A DNA stretch of 63,983 nt, the filler included, from Hausera hauseri (lineage: Eukaryota), in the NCBI GenBank assembly GCA_046269625.1. It is 13 parts of 13 records of this genome, joined end to end, with 100 filler letters (N's around TTAATTAATTAA, not from the genome) between each part and the next. Parts side by side here need not be neighbours in the genome. Positions count along the whole stretch, not along the records: positions 46,529 to 51,283 come from JBJURY010448579.1; positions 51,384 to 55,804 come from JBJURY010590667.1; positions 55,905 to 59,935 come from JBJURY010806976.1; positions 60,036 to 63,983 come from JBJURY010866074.1; 9 more parts are not named here. One strand, given 5' to 3'. Every line of letters begins with the position of its first letter. Position 1 is the first letter of the stretch. Shown here one piece after another: positions 51,113 to 63,000 of the stretch. Below the pieces are notes generated by a model. The model saw only the letters and a program-made list of their open reading frames with translations, was not told the DNA's origin and did not search any database. Both the position numbers and the translations under genes were made by a program.

Positions 51113-51283
51113 ATGGCTAACCATAACGTAGAGCAGGTGATTCAGTCGAAGGCTGATTTCACTTTACCGAAGAAAAAATTTTCGGGCAATGAGGATATAG
51201 AGGATTTTATGATGGAATATGAAGTATATTCCAAAAGTTTCGGCTGGGACGACAAGCAAAGAATAGAAAGATTACCCCTTCAT
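51113..51283 (+). CDS. gag: gag N-terminus (cut by contig end)
   Basis: KFSGNEDIEDFMMEYE....GWDD....RLP. Confidence 0.8.
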
Positions 51284-51383
51284 NNNNNNNNNNNNNNNNN
51301 NNNNNNNNNNNNNNNNNNNNNNNNNNNTTAATTAATTAANNNNNNNNNNNNNNNNNNNNNNNNNNNNNNNNNNNNNNNNNNNN

Positions 51384-52074
51384 TATATTTTTGGAGTTTA
51401 GTTGCTCGTTGTCGGTTTTGATAGTCACATGTCCAAATCATCGATTACGTCAACCGGGTGCGTTCCGTTGATTCCACGGCGTGTCGAATGATTGTATGCA
51501 TGAATAATATTTGGAAGTACATTTATCCAGTATTTGGTGCCTTGCTTCGTAAAAAATTTCTTTAGGCGACCGCGCAATGTTCGATTAAATCGTTGTATTG
51601 GGAAAACACAGAGTAGTTGTTTTCACCGAACCGTTTCAACACCGCTGAAACGTGGGTGTTGTAGAATTCCTTACCCAAATCCCTTTGTAAATGCTGCGGC
51701 TGTTGTTGTATCAGTGTCTGAACAGCGTCTGCAATCTCTTTACCGGATTTAAATTTGAGAGCAATTGAACGCACAAAACGACTAAACCCATCAATATATG
51801 TCAACACGTACCGATATTCATCGTTAATGCTGGCGTACGGAATCATTTCCATCAGATCCATTTGCCATACATTATTTACACCGGCAGCGCAGTATGAAAG
51901 AGTTGGACACCGACTTCTTATCGGTTTGTTTAGGCTGTATGCTAACTGTTTCCCCAGCCAACGTTGGATTTGTCGCCGAATTTGTTTGGCAGTCTTTGCC
52001 AGTTTGTCGCCGCCAGTATACCCGACGGCATGACACAGATCGAAATACACATCGCGCATCGCTTTTATTTGCAT
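51384..52074 (-). pseudogene. Maverick integrase
   Basis: WQMDLMEM, YVLTYIDGFSRF, LQRDLGKEFYN. Confidence 0.88.
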
Positions 52075-52667
52075 TGCAGAAATGAAACGTTAATGAAAGA
52101 TTCATATACTTACAGTAATTGTTTATAATATGCTGCAGAATCACTGAGTCTAACCAGTAATGACATGACAATCGGTAGAATTGCACCACCATCTTGATGA
52201 TACATGACCTCTCGTTTTAGTAGTTTTCTACGAGCGTTAGCAAGGCCAATGAATCGTTTTCGATACTTTAGTAAATATTGCTTCCCACTACCAATGTCAA
52301 CGTGACCCACAAATATATTGTACAAATGTTCCATGAAATTGTCTACTACAAATTGCGGGAATGATCGTAGAATGTTTCGCTTATGTCTCATGTGCCTTGA
52401 GTAAAGCAATAAAGTACGGCTGACTACGTTTCAATCGCATTTTTGGACGTATTGATGCTTAGACGTACTTGTTTACAACCGTTGCCACTGAGATGGTAAT
52501 TTCCATTTAATTGCTGCTGCTGCTGCTGCTGTTTATCGAAGCACATAATTGATTAATCGCTTGACTCTAGCGGCTCCTTTTAATACATGTTTATTGCCGG
52601 GCACCCGCCTGGTATATTTATGTTTAACAATTGTTTTTCGGACATTCTTAATTTTATAACTATCGTG

Positions 52668-53315
52668 TTAATTTTTGAATTTGTTTATAGACACATATAC
52701 CTTTCTGATTGAAAATGTCTGTTTATCCACACATGTCATCGTCCCACTGTTTTGTAAAGTCAATAAACGGATATCCATGTGGTTGTTCGTAGAATCACAA
52801 TATGTATCTCTCATGTAGGCTCGTTTGTGATTAAATGCTTGTCGTGCAACATAATCAATGAAAGTCTGATCACGAGGATTTTTAAGCAACACCAAATAGT
52901 GTACGTTTAGATTTCGTGTTTGATTCTGTCCGCCCTAATGGAACATGTTTTGCGTAATGAAAATAACCATCACACCACGGTGTTATGCAATCTTCGTTAA
53001 CAGATTGTTGAATTCCGATTGTTTCGCGGCTTCCTAAGATAAATTGTCAATGGCAATAAGATCACCGTTGCGTAATCTCTGAGACCAGTTTTCATCAAAC
53101 TAATCAATTACCGCTATCGATTTCAATTTACAAAATTCCCGATGTGTCAAATTGGACTCACCATCATCAGCAATTCCCTGATGCCATTAAATATGATTGT
53201 ATCGCGGTGAATGGAACATGCTACGGTAGTTCTGCAATAATTTACACACAAAGTGTGTTTTACCCGTTGCACTGGGGCCCACAATCTGTAGAATTGCGTC
53301 ATTGTGCAGCTTTAT
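52668..53315 (-). pseudogene. Packaging ATPase
   Basis: Walker A IVGPSATGKT, LIAIDNL, ITQNMF, KNPRD. Confidence 0.88.
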
Positions 53316-53403
53316 TTAAATAATAATACAACCTTTCCTCACATGATTTGTTTAAAATCGTGTTACACATATAAATAGCTATAATATAAACTCTGTTTCC
53401 ATA

Positions 53404-53900
53404 ATTTGAGCTAATATCAACTATCGCGGATATGTTACCGAGTGTGACATTAACATACTACCTTTTAATCAATGGAAGTCGAGGAAGTATATCCTCAAGT
53501 GTCCACAGGATTTTACATGCATCATATTTCAATCGGGAAAGTGTCGTATTATGGGTTGTCGCAAACCAATCACAGCTGAGAGTGACAGTAAACTTCTGCC
53601 ATTCCGAATTGTCATTGTCCAAATCCAATCAGTAACAGTAACGACTCATTTAGACTACCAAACAATCAATCCGTACAAATTAGAAATGGCCACTGAATGT
53701 ACGAATGAACCTGAACTGCTTCCTGCACTGAGACTGATATTGTTTTGCCCACTTTGTCTCAATGTGTTTAGCAGAGGAAAATTGTTGTACTCGGTATTCG
53801 GACAGTGGACTATGATCCGATTCGTAATCAAATTACAAACCACGCAAATGTTTTAGTGAGTCAAAATAATGTACTCTACACAACAAGAACAAATGATAAA
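53404..53900 (+). pseudogene. TBP-like gene, second copy
   Basis: TCIIFQSGKCRIMGCRK..IQSVTVTTHLDYQTINPYKL..EPELLPAL..PLCLNVFSRGK. Confidence 0.75.
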
Positions 53901-54746
53901 TACCATTCTCATGGTCATTCAGACATTATTGCCACGGAAGACGACGATAAAACGATTGTACTCAATTATGATGGATGTTGAATGATAAAAGTTAAGATTG
54001 GTCGTGGTTTTTTGGCTACAAAAGGATAATTCTACTGTCAAATTTCTGGAGACGAAAACAGAACCTGTCCAACAAATAAAAAAACCGTTTTACTGTTTGC
54101 GGGGAGATTATGATGTCGACTGTCTGGAAAGGAAAAAGGAACTTGCTCAGAAATTATCAGCAGTAGCAGCAAAATCGACGTTAAAACGAAAAAATGCAAT
54201 GATTGGAATAAATAAAGGAAAATCAAAATCGTCGCACCAAACAGACATTTTTACAGAAACGAATTTTTCGCAAGTATGAAATGCATTCTCTGCAAACGCC
54301 CGTACTGATTTCATTCAATGCTTCCGTCTCTCTATGTGCACCTACATGCAGTTGTCGTATAAAACGGATTTTGGATGAAAATTTGGATAAACTTTCTTAT
54401 GCTGTGCATCAATTAAACGTGGATTTAAAGTTGAACGAAACGACTGTGCAACAGTAATCTGTCGATTTACCGGTTCATGAAATCAAATTGTTTATTTTAT
54501 CGGTCGCGAAATGTCTCATGTATCCTATGGTGATTTAAAGTGTCGACTGAATATTGAATTACAAGGATGCAAGGAAAAAGCAGGTATCAAAAGCCCTATT
54601 TGGCGTGTAGCTGAAGCACATTTTAATTATCAATAAATATTGTTGTTGTTGTTTTGTTTTATCTTTCTTCTTCTTTCATTAACCCAATTAATGAGTATAA
54701 ATATACGTGTAATTTTAATATTGGTATAGGAATAAGAATAATTCTA

Positions 54747-55210
54747 ATGAATGATGTAAAGATTATCTTAACAGACTGAAATGCCTTTTTACAGAAACTT
54801 GTTACAGCAAACAGTGCAGGCTACGATGTGTTTTCCAATGTCAATACGACAATTTCTCACAGCAAAATCAAATGCATAAAGACTGGGATTTGATTGGCGA
54901 TGCCATCCGGTTTCTACGACCAACTTTTATCGAAAAGAGCATTGGAAAACTCGGACTGACGGTTGTGGGCGGTGTCATTGATTCAGACTTTCGTGATAAA
55001 ATTAAGGTGTTGCTGGAAAACCAATCGGGACTATTGTATGATATTGCGAAAGGCAATGCAATAGCACAAATCGCATTTCTTCGATTTGAAGAGGCGGAAT
55101 TCAGTGTAATGTCACCTGAACAATGGAGATTGTTTTGCGTCAATGAATCGACACGAAATGAGCGCAAAGAATTTGGCTTTGATTATATGGACAAAACCAC
55201 TTATGTTTAA
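54747..55210 (+). pseudogene. dut: dUTPase
   Basis: SAGYD, IKTGI, GVIDSDFRDKIKVLL, KGNAIAQ, ERKEFGF. Confidence 0.9.
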
Positions 55211-55287
55211 TGATTGTGATAATAATAATAATAGTTAGTTGTTTTGCTTGTGTTATAAACCAAAAATGATTTTGTACATGATAAGTA

Positions 55288-55776
55288 ATGGCGACAGGAT
55301 TTATAGATATTGAAGATTTACAAGATGATAATGCTCGGTACATAATAAAGGAATTATGCATTATGGTCATCGGTGACATTTTCAAACCGATTGTGTACGT
55401 ATTCAACCTCGGTGTTGTGTGGAATGACCTGACGGAAAAGGCGCAATTTACAAATTGATTTCTCTTTCCATATCGTCATGGATTTCATTGGTATGAAGGC
55501 AATTCAATTTTCTGTGTGACGTGTGTTATAGGAGAGATTTGCGATCGTTTTGGCATTGGAAATATAATATTTTACATTAGAGATCAAATTGACGAACAAA
55601 AGTTTACACAACTACATTCACACTTTCCCGAGTTGCGAATTACGACTTATTCAACATCGAAGGGCTCGCTGACGATGGTCCTTGACAATTGTAGATGTCC
55701 GTATCGTGATCATGGACCACATTATGCTTACAAAATATGTCTACGGCTTTGTATTGACTATATTTCATGCAAATAA
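55288..55776 (+). pseudogene. DnaQ/DEDD-like exonuclease typical of Mavericks
   Basis: GFIDIED..YIIKELC..HGFHWYEG..CPYRDH. Confidence 0.55.
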
Positions 55777-55904
55777 ATAAATGTATTTCTCTGTTTCTTT
55801 CTTTNNNNNNNNNNNNNNNNNNNNNNNNNNNNNNNNNNNNNNNNNNNNTTAATTAATTAANNNNNNNNNNNNNNNNNNNNNNNNNNNNNNNNNNNNNNNN
55901 NNNN

Positions 55905-58308
55905 GTTCTTTCGTTCGTTCGTTCGTTCGTTCGTTCGTTCTTTCGATATTTCCCCCTTTTGTTTATTCGTTCGCTCCTTTGTTCCTTCGTTCCTTCTTTC
56001 ATTCGTTCGTTCATTCGGTTTTTCATTTGTACTTTCCTTCCTTCATTCCTGCATTCCTTCGTTTTTTTGTTCTTTCTTTCTTTGGATCGTCACTTCCTTT
56101 GTTCCTTCCTTCCTTCCTTCCTTCTTTCTTTCGTTCCTTCCTTCGTTCGTTCGTTCTTTCGTTCGCTCGTTCGTTTTATCATTTGTTCGTTCGTTCCTTC
56201 GTTTGTTCATTTGTTCGTTCCATCCTTTGTTTGTTTCTTCGTTCCTTCCTTCCTTCTTTCACTCCTGCGTTCATTCGGTTGTTCCTTCTTTCTTTCCTTC
56301 CTTCCTCCCTTCATATCTTCATTCGTTTGTTCTTTCCTTCGATGGTTCGATCGTTCGTTCTTCCTTTCTTTGTTTCGTTCATTCGTTTAATTGTTCGTTT
56401 GTTCATTCCATACTTCTTTTGTTCCTTCTTTCCTTCCTTCCTTCTTTCGTTCCTGCTATCACTCGGTCTTTCCTTCGTTCTTTCCTTTTTTCCTTCTTTC
56501 TTTTGTTCATTCCTTCGTTCGTTCGTTCATTCGCTTATTCCTTTGTTCTTTCGTTTATTATTTCGTTTGTTCGTTCGTTCTTTCTTTCTTTCATTCTTTC
56601 TTTCTTTTTTCCTTCGTTTGTTCGTTTGTTCGTTCTTTCCTTCCTTTGTACCTTCGTTCCTTCCTTCCTTCTTTCGTTCGTGCGTTCATTCGTTCTTTCC
56701 TTCGTTCCTTTATTCGTTAGTTCGTTCGTTTGTCTTTTCTTTCGATCGTTAGTTTCTTTGTTCCTTCCTTCCGTCCTTCTTTCTTTCGTTCGTTCTATCG
56801 TTCATTCGTTCGTTGGTTCTTTCATTCTTTCGTTTGTTCCTCCTTTCCTTTGTTCGCTCGCTCCTTTGTTTCTTTGTTTTTTCCTTCCTTCTTTCGTTCG
56901 TTCGTTCCTTCATTCTTTCTTTCGTTCGTTCCTTTACTCCTTCGTTCCTTCCTTGCTTTCTTTCTTCCTTCGTGCATTCATTTCTTTGTTATTTCTTTCC
57001 TTCCTTCCTTCACTCCTTTGTTCTTTCGTTCGTTCGTTTTTGCTTTCGTTCATTCGTTCTTTCCTTCGTTTTTTCGTTTTTTCCTTCCTTCATTCGTTCG
57101 TTCTTTCATTCTTCCTTTCGTTCGTATATTTGTTCCTCCGTTCGTTCGTTTGTTCGTTCCATCCTTCCTTTGTTCCTTCGTTCCTTCCTTCCTTTTTTCA
57201 TTCCTGCGTTCATTCTCTCTTTCCTTCCTTCATTCCTTCATTCGTTCGTTCGTTCGTTCGTTTTTAAGATCGCTCGCTCGTTCTTTCGTTCGTTCGTTCA
57301 GTCGTTCATTCCTTTGTTCTTTCATTTTTTCGTTCGTTCCTCCTTTCTTTTATTCGTCCTTTTCTTTGTTCCTTTGTTTTTTCCTTCCTTCTTTCCTTCG
57401 TTCCTTCCTTCATTCGTTTGTTCGTTCGTTACTTCTTTCTTTGGTTCTTTCTATCGTTCCTTCTTTCTTTCCTTTGTTTATTCGTTTATTTTTTCGTTCG
57501 TTCTTTCGATTGTTCCTTCGTTCTTTCGTTCGTTCGTTTGTTCGTTCGATCGTTCTTTCTTGATTTCGTTTTTTCGTTCGTTCCTTCGTTTTTTGTTCGT
57601 TCGTTCGTTTGTTTGTTTGTTCTTTCTTTCCTTCTTTTGTTCCTTTGTTCCTTTTTTCCTTCTTTCGTTCGTACGTTCATTCGGTCTTTCCTTTGTTCTT
57701 TCCTTTTTTCCTTCATTCCTTCCTTCGTTCGTTTCTCCTTTCTTTCGATCGTTAGTTCCTTTGTTTTTTCCTTCCTTCCTTCTTTCTTTCGTTCATTCCT
57801 TCGTTTGTTCGTTCATTCGTTTGTTCGTTCGTTCGTTATTTCGTTGCTTCGTTCATTCTTTCGTTCGTTCGTTCTTTCTTTCGTTCGTTCCTTTTCTCCT
57901 TCGCTCCTTCCTTCCTTTCTTCCTTCGTGCATTCATTCGTTCGATATTTCCTTCCTTCTTTGCTTCATTTTTCCGTTCGTTCGTTCATTCTTTCTTTCGT
58001 TATTTCGTTTGTTCGTTAATTTCTTCGCTCGTTGTTTCGATTGTTCCTTTGTTCGTTCGTTCGTTCGTTCGTTTGTTCGTTCGTTCGTTATTTCTTTCTT
58101 TTTTTATTTCCTTCCTTCGTTCATTCGTTCATTCGTTCGTTCGTTCGTTATATCATTCCTTCTTTCGTTCGTTCCTGTTTTCGTTCTTTCGTTCGTTCAT
58201 TCGTTCGTTCGTTCGTTGTTTTGTTGTTTCGTTTTTTCGTTTGTTCGTTCGTTTGTTCGTTCTTTCGTCCTTGCGTTCATTTATTCGTTCTTTCCTTCTT
58301 TCATTTTC
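55905..58308. repeat. 2.4-kb degenerate tetranucleotide microsatellite (TTCG/TTCC/TTCT/TTCA)n
   Basis: Directly visible. Confidence 0.97.
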
Positions 58309-58477
58309 TAAAATGTGGTGTGAATTTTTTTGTACATCTAACTCATAATTGAGTACTTCTACTCCTACTACTATTCACAAGAAAAATGAATGTGACATTG
58401 TATTATTTCTCATTATTTGTTCGCTCTTTGGTACATGAAACAGCAGCAATTAAATAATACAGATATATTTTACAAAA

Positions 58478-58800
58478 TTCATTGTAATGTAGACCACATT
58501 AAGCAATAATGTCCACATAGTATATTCATTGGATGTTGATAATGAACTCGATTATATTCAACACGGTATTATGATGATGATGCTTGCAGTTCAATTTGAG
58601 AAACTAACGATAACGGATAGTAAAATCCGAGTGGATCAAATATTCTGATAACGTTGGTCGGATGGACGTACACAACAATCCAATGTTCGCCCGGCAACGA
58701 TGAAGCGTGTGTATTGACAATGAAGTCGTCGCCACCAGTTTGTCGTAAATCACACCGCACACAATCCAGTGGAAACACTCCACGAAATTTCGCGCTCAAG
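58478..58800 (-). pseudogene. Adenain-type cysteine protease
   Basis: FRGVFPLD, FIVNT..PGEHW, FDPLG, YQ..CGHYC. Confidence 0.88.
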
Positions 58801-58931
58801 AGCAGTTTTTTGTTGTGACTGAGTTCAGTGAAGCTAAATGTGAATTAAGTATAATAGTAATAGTATTAAATTACTTCATAGTATGACGAAGAAGAAGAAG
58901 ACGTACGACGGTGCGACACAGCAGATTTTAT

Positions 58932-59935
58932 TTATCTATACAATACGGTTCCGTTTTTCGTTATTTCAACCTTGGCATCAAATACGCCGTAAATGTACAT
59001 TAAGGTAAACTGCTCCAACGCTTTAGTAAAGTAAATCTCCAGTCGTATGTTTCCCTGCTGAGATAGTTGAGCCTGCTCAACGTCATAGTCTGAAGCCAGG
59101 ACAAATGTGAAGAATGGATAGGTGGACTTGAACAAATCCATCGATATGCCATTGTTGACAATTTTTTTTCAGCAAATCCATGTTACGCATGATAGATTGA
59201 ATATCTGTGCAAACGTAATCGCCGGTCTCGAAATCCCGCTTGTATGTCTCAACTGAATCCGCATTCCGACCTAAACTAATGTAATCCACATTGCTATGGG
59301 TAAACGTTTCCGAATCGGTGGTAAAACTGCCCGTTTGTTGAACAGTCGTTTAAAATGTAACGAGCGCAAATTTTGGTAATCACATGTCGCCAAACAGTGC
59401 ATCTTTATAAAATGTAGTTGAACCTTTCAGTATGGTGTAAAAGACGAGTTCTGTGCGTTGTGTCGGGCAACAGACATTTTGCATTTCCAAGCCCAATCGA
59501 TGTCCCATGGGCACAGATGGTTCCACCTTTAATCGGCGTACGTATAATCGTACCACAGTAATTTTCAGTATGGGTGTAAGCTGTGCAACGGCGGTTTTTA
59601 AACAAAAAAATTGTTACTGCGTTTGAGCCGAATAATGGCTTTAACACCAAGCAGTAGGTATTTGAACTGATCGAAAAAGTCAAAGTACAGCGGTCCACAC
59701 ATTGTAAGTGCTTTTGATTCTGCCACCTATACTTGACGGTTTGCCGCTGTGGCATCGTATCCGATGGTTTTCGTCAAATGAGTCGTGTTCATATATGTGC
59801 TGTAATTCAGAGCCGTTTCAATGAGTGCTTTGATACTGTATAGACTGGTATTGCCTTTGATTTTGACGCTGTTCAGAGTCAGTGAAGCCTCCTGGAACAG
59901 TGTGAGGAAAAAGTAATTGGCCGGTGTGACAGTGT
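58932..59935 (-). pseudogene. Maverick major capsid protein
   Basis: Homologous to 34312-35535; QGNIRLEIYFTKAL. Confidence 0.85.
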
Positions 59936-60035
59936 NNNNNNNNNNNNNNNNNNNNNNNNNNNNNNNNNNNNNNNNNNNNTTAATTAATTAANNNNNNNNN
60001 NNNNNNNNNNNNNNNNNNNNNNNNNNNNNNNNNNN

Positions 60036-63000
60036 AAGAAACCTCAAAGGAAATATTTATGAAGTTTTTGTGTGAATCATGTGTTGTATTCCTTCAGAAT
60101 TAAGTTGTCTACTGTAGGTACTAAATGTCACTGACTTATGATGTCTCAATGTTTTGGTGTCTGGTTGTCGGAGTGGGTTTGGAAGAATAATATCAGCTTC
60201 TGTAGAATTGGATGTTATCTCCGGCGAATGTAAATCAGAAGGGAAAGAAGTGGCTAAGGGTGTATGGTTGATGTTATCTCGTAAAGTACTATAGAATAAT
60301 GAGTCGGAAGAATGAGGAAGGTTTTCAGTGACAAAAATATAGTCTGGAGTAGGAATATGAAGACAATTGAAAGGTGAAGTAGAGGTAGAAACAGAGACAG
60401 GGAGAGAAGATGTAGGAGTCAGAAAAAGAGTTGATGTTTCAATAGGAGTTGTATCATCAACGAAAAAGTCAGGTTTTACTTTGTTATTACGAACTGCGAT
60501 TTTCATGCCGTCTTTAAATATTATGGCGTTGAGAGTGTAATAGGATCAGTTTATATGGTCTCAAATACTGTTGTTGAAAACTGCTCGGCGTTTGATTTTT
60601 TAGCTAAACGAATTTTGCTGAATATAGGTCGTCTGGTAAATATGTCTTATCATTGTGTAACAATCTACAAAATGAGTCTTTACTGACTGTAACGAAGTGG
60701 TTTTGTGCCGCTCCTATTGTTTCGTCTGTAGGTGCGTCTTCTAAAGCGGCCTGTTCGAACAATGACCATACAGGAGCACCAAATAGGGCTTCACTAGGTG
60801 AGCATCCTGTAGAAGTGGATGGAGTGTTCCGCCAGCCAAGTAGAACGAACGGTAGGGGAGTTGTCTAGTTTGCATTGGATTCTGACAGAATTTTAAGCGA
60901 TGTTTTTAGCGTTCGATGAAACTGTTTAAGAAGGCTGTTCGATTGAGGATGATAAGGTGTCGTATGGATGTGGCTTATCCTCAGTCGGTTAACCAGAGAT
61001 TTAAACAAATTTGATTCAAATTGAGGACCTTGGTCCGAGATGACGAAATGAGGAAATCTGAACCTACTAATCCACGTACGAATGAAAGCATCCGCTATTG
61101 TGTCAGTGTTTGTGCTCCGCAGAGGGATGGCTTTGGGCCATTGCGACGAACGATCCATCGTGGTCAGAATGAATTGATGACTATTGTCTAGTGGAAGAGG
61201 GCCGACGCGATCGATATGTACGGATTCAAAACGTGATGTGCAAGTGAAGTAATATAGTGGTGGTTTTAAATGTTTCACGATTTTATATTTCTGACAAGCC
61301 ACGCACTCCTTAACCCATGCTTGCACATCGGAACGCATTGACGGTCAAACTACCTGACGTTGAAGTAAGCGGAAAGTTGCCTTGGCACCAGGATGGTGTA
61401 ATGAATGTACGTTATCAAATGGTTGTTTTTGTAAAGATGGAGCAAGAATTATTTTGGGTTGTCCTGGTTTAGAAGTGTCTAAGGCCACGCCATCAACGAT
61501 GTTGTGAGACTTAAACCAATTAGGAAAGTCTTTAGATGGCTGGTTTTCTTGAAGCTTTGCCTGGGTAAAAATTGGTAGAAAATTGATTGAACTAACCGAC
61601 CTAGATAAAAAATCGGCAACTAAATTATTAACGCCGTTGATATATTTGATATCGAAACTAAATGTTGACAGATACGACATTTGTCGCTCTTGATGTGTAG
61701 ATGGGTATTTCATAGACATAATATTGACTAAAGGTTTGTGATCAGTTTGGATAATAAAACTTCGAGCTGTGAGTGAGAGAAATGTTTTAAGGCCAGAACT
61801 ATCGCCAGTAGTTCTAGATCGAATGTAGAATACTTAGTTTTGAATGATTGGTTTTCGCCTTTGTATAACTGATGTAACAGCACCTACTGGAGTGGTTGAA
61901 GCGTCTGTGGTGAGAATAAGTTCAGCGTCAGTTTTAGGAAATGCCAGAATTTCTACGGTTTTGAGTCCTTTGCGCAGAGACCTCAAGCAATTCAGGTGTC
62001 CACTGAATAGATTGATGTTTTTTTCCAATGCTGAAATGTGCGAAAGGTGCCGTCAGTTCTGAACAATATGGAACATTTGTGGACGAAATGTAAAGTCCCC
62101 AAGAAACTCCTCATTTTCGTGGTGGATCTTGGTAGTTGTATACGTTTGAGAGCTTCAACACGTTCTGGCTGGGGAGAATGACCATTTGCTGAAATCATGT
62201 GTCCGAGAAAGTTAATATGCTTTTGGAAGAAGTGATATTTCGTAAAATTCATTTGTAAATTATGGTGGTTGAGTCGTTGGAAAATAGAACGAAGGTGTTC
62301 CTCAAGCTGTTTGGTTGAAGACGAAGCAATTAAGATATCGTCGATATATGGATGCGCGAAAGTGAAATCCGAGAGGATGGAATCGATGTGATGTTGGAAA
62401 GTCTGCTCAGCGTTGCGTAAACTAAAAGGCATATAAATGTATTCATACGGGCCGAAAGGTGTCGTAACGGCAGTTTTCTCGATGTCCTCGGGTGCTACAG
62501 GAATTTGATGATATGTCATGGCTAAGTCTATGGTTGAATATACTGTAGTGGAATTGAGCCGGTGCAGAATATCCTTAATTAGTGGTAAAGGATATGCATC
62601 CATAATAGTTAGTGTTTAGCTGACGGTAATCGCCGCATGGTCGCAAGGACCCATCTTTTTTGGACACCGTGCAAAGGCGAAGACCACGGCGATTTAGATC
62701 TGCGTACAATGTCGGAGCGTTCAAGGTCTAGAAATTCCGCTTCGACAGCTTGCCTACGACGAGGTGACAATGGACGTACCTTTTGACGTATAGTTCTTTG
62801 GTGTTGCGTTATGATGTGATGAAAAGTGCTGTTTGTAGGTGTGAAGGTTCGGTTCTTCTGGATTAAGCGGGTGTATGAAGTGTGTATGTATTGCCGTAGA
62901 CTTGCAGACAATTGCGAGAGATTGAGTGATAGTGGTGGTGTTGAGTCAATATGTGCAGTGACGAGTGATGTTTGCGAGTTATTGAAATCAAGGGGAATTT

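Larger units (their letters stand above)
46529..51283 (+). mobile_element. Ty3/Gypsy element with accessory genes: INT, membrane protein, LTR (with pseudo-exonuclease ORF), PBS, gag
   Basis: STPGHPENNGMVER, KETPFY, RPYKGPY; PBS and gag lie downstream. Confidence 0.9.
51384..55804. mobile_element. Maverick/Polinton fragment (INT, small ORF, ATPase on -; TBP-like, unknown ORFs, dUTPase, DnaQ-like on +)
   Basis: Colinear with contig 6 in reverse orientation. Confidence 0.9.

Noticed and set aside
55959-58352. Long F/S/L/R-rich ORFs up to 511 aa
   Set aside because: Stop-free translation of the (TTCN)n microsatellite.
58353-58375. ACT-rich stretch as a Maverick AGTAGT terminus
   Set aside because: Imperfect, with no TIR partner or 6-bp TSD visible.
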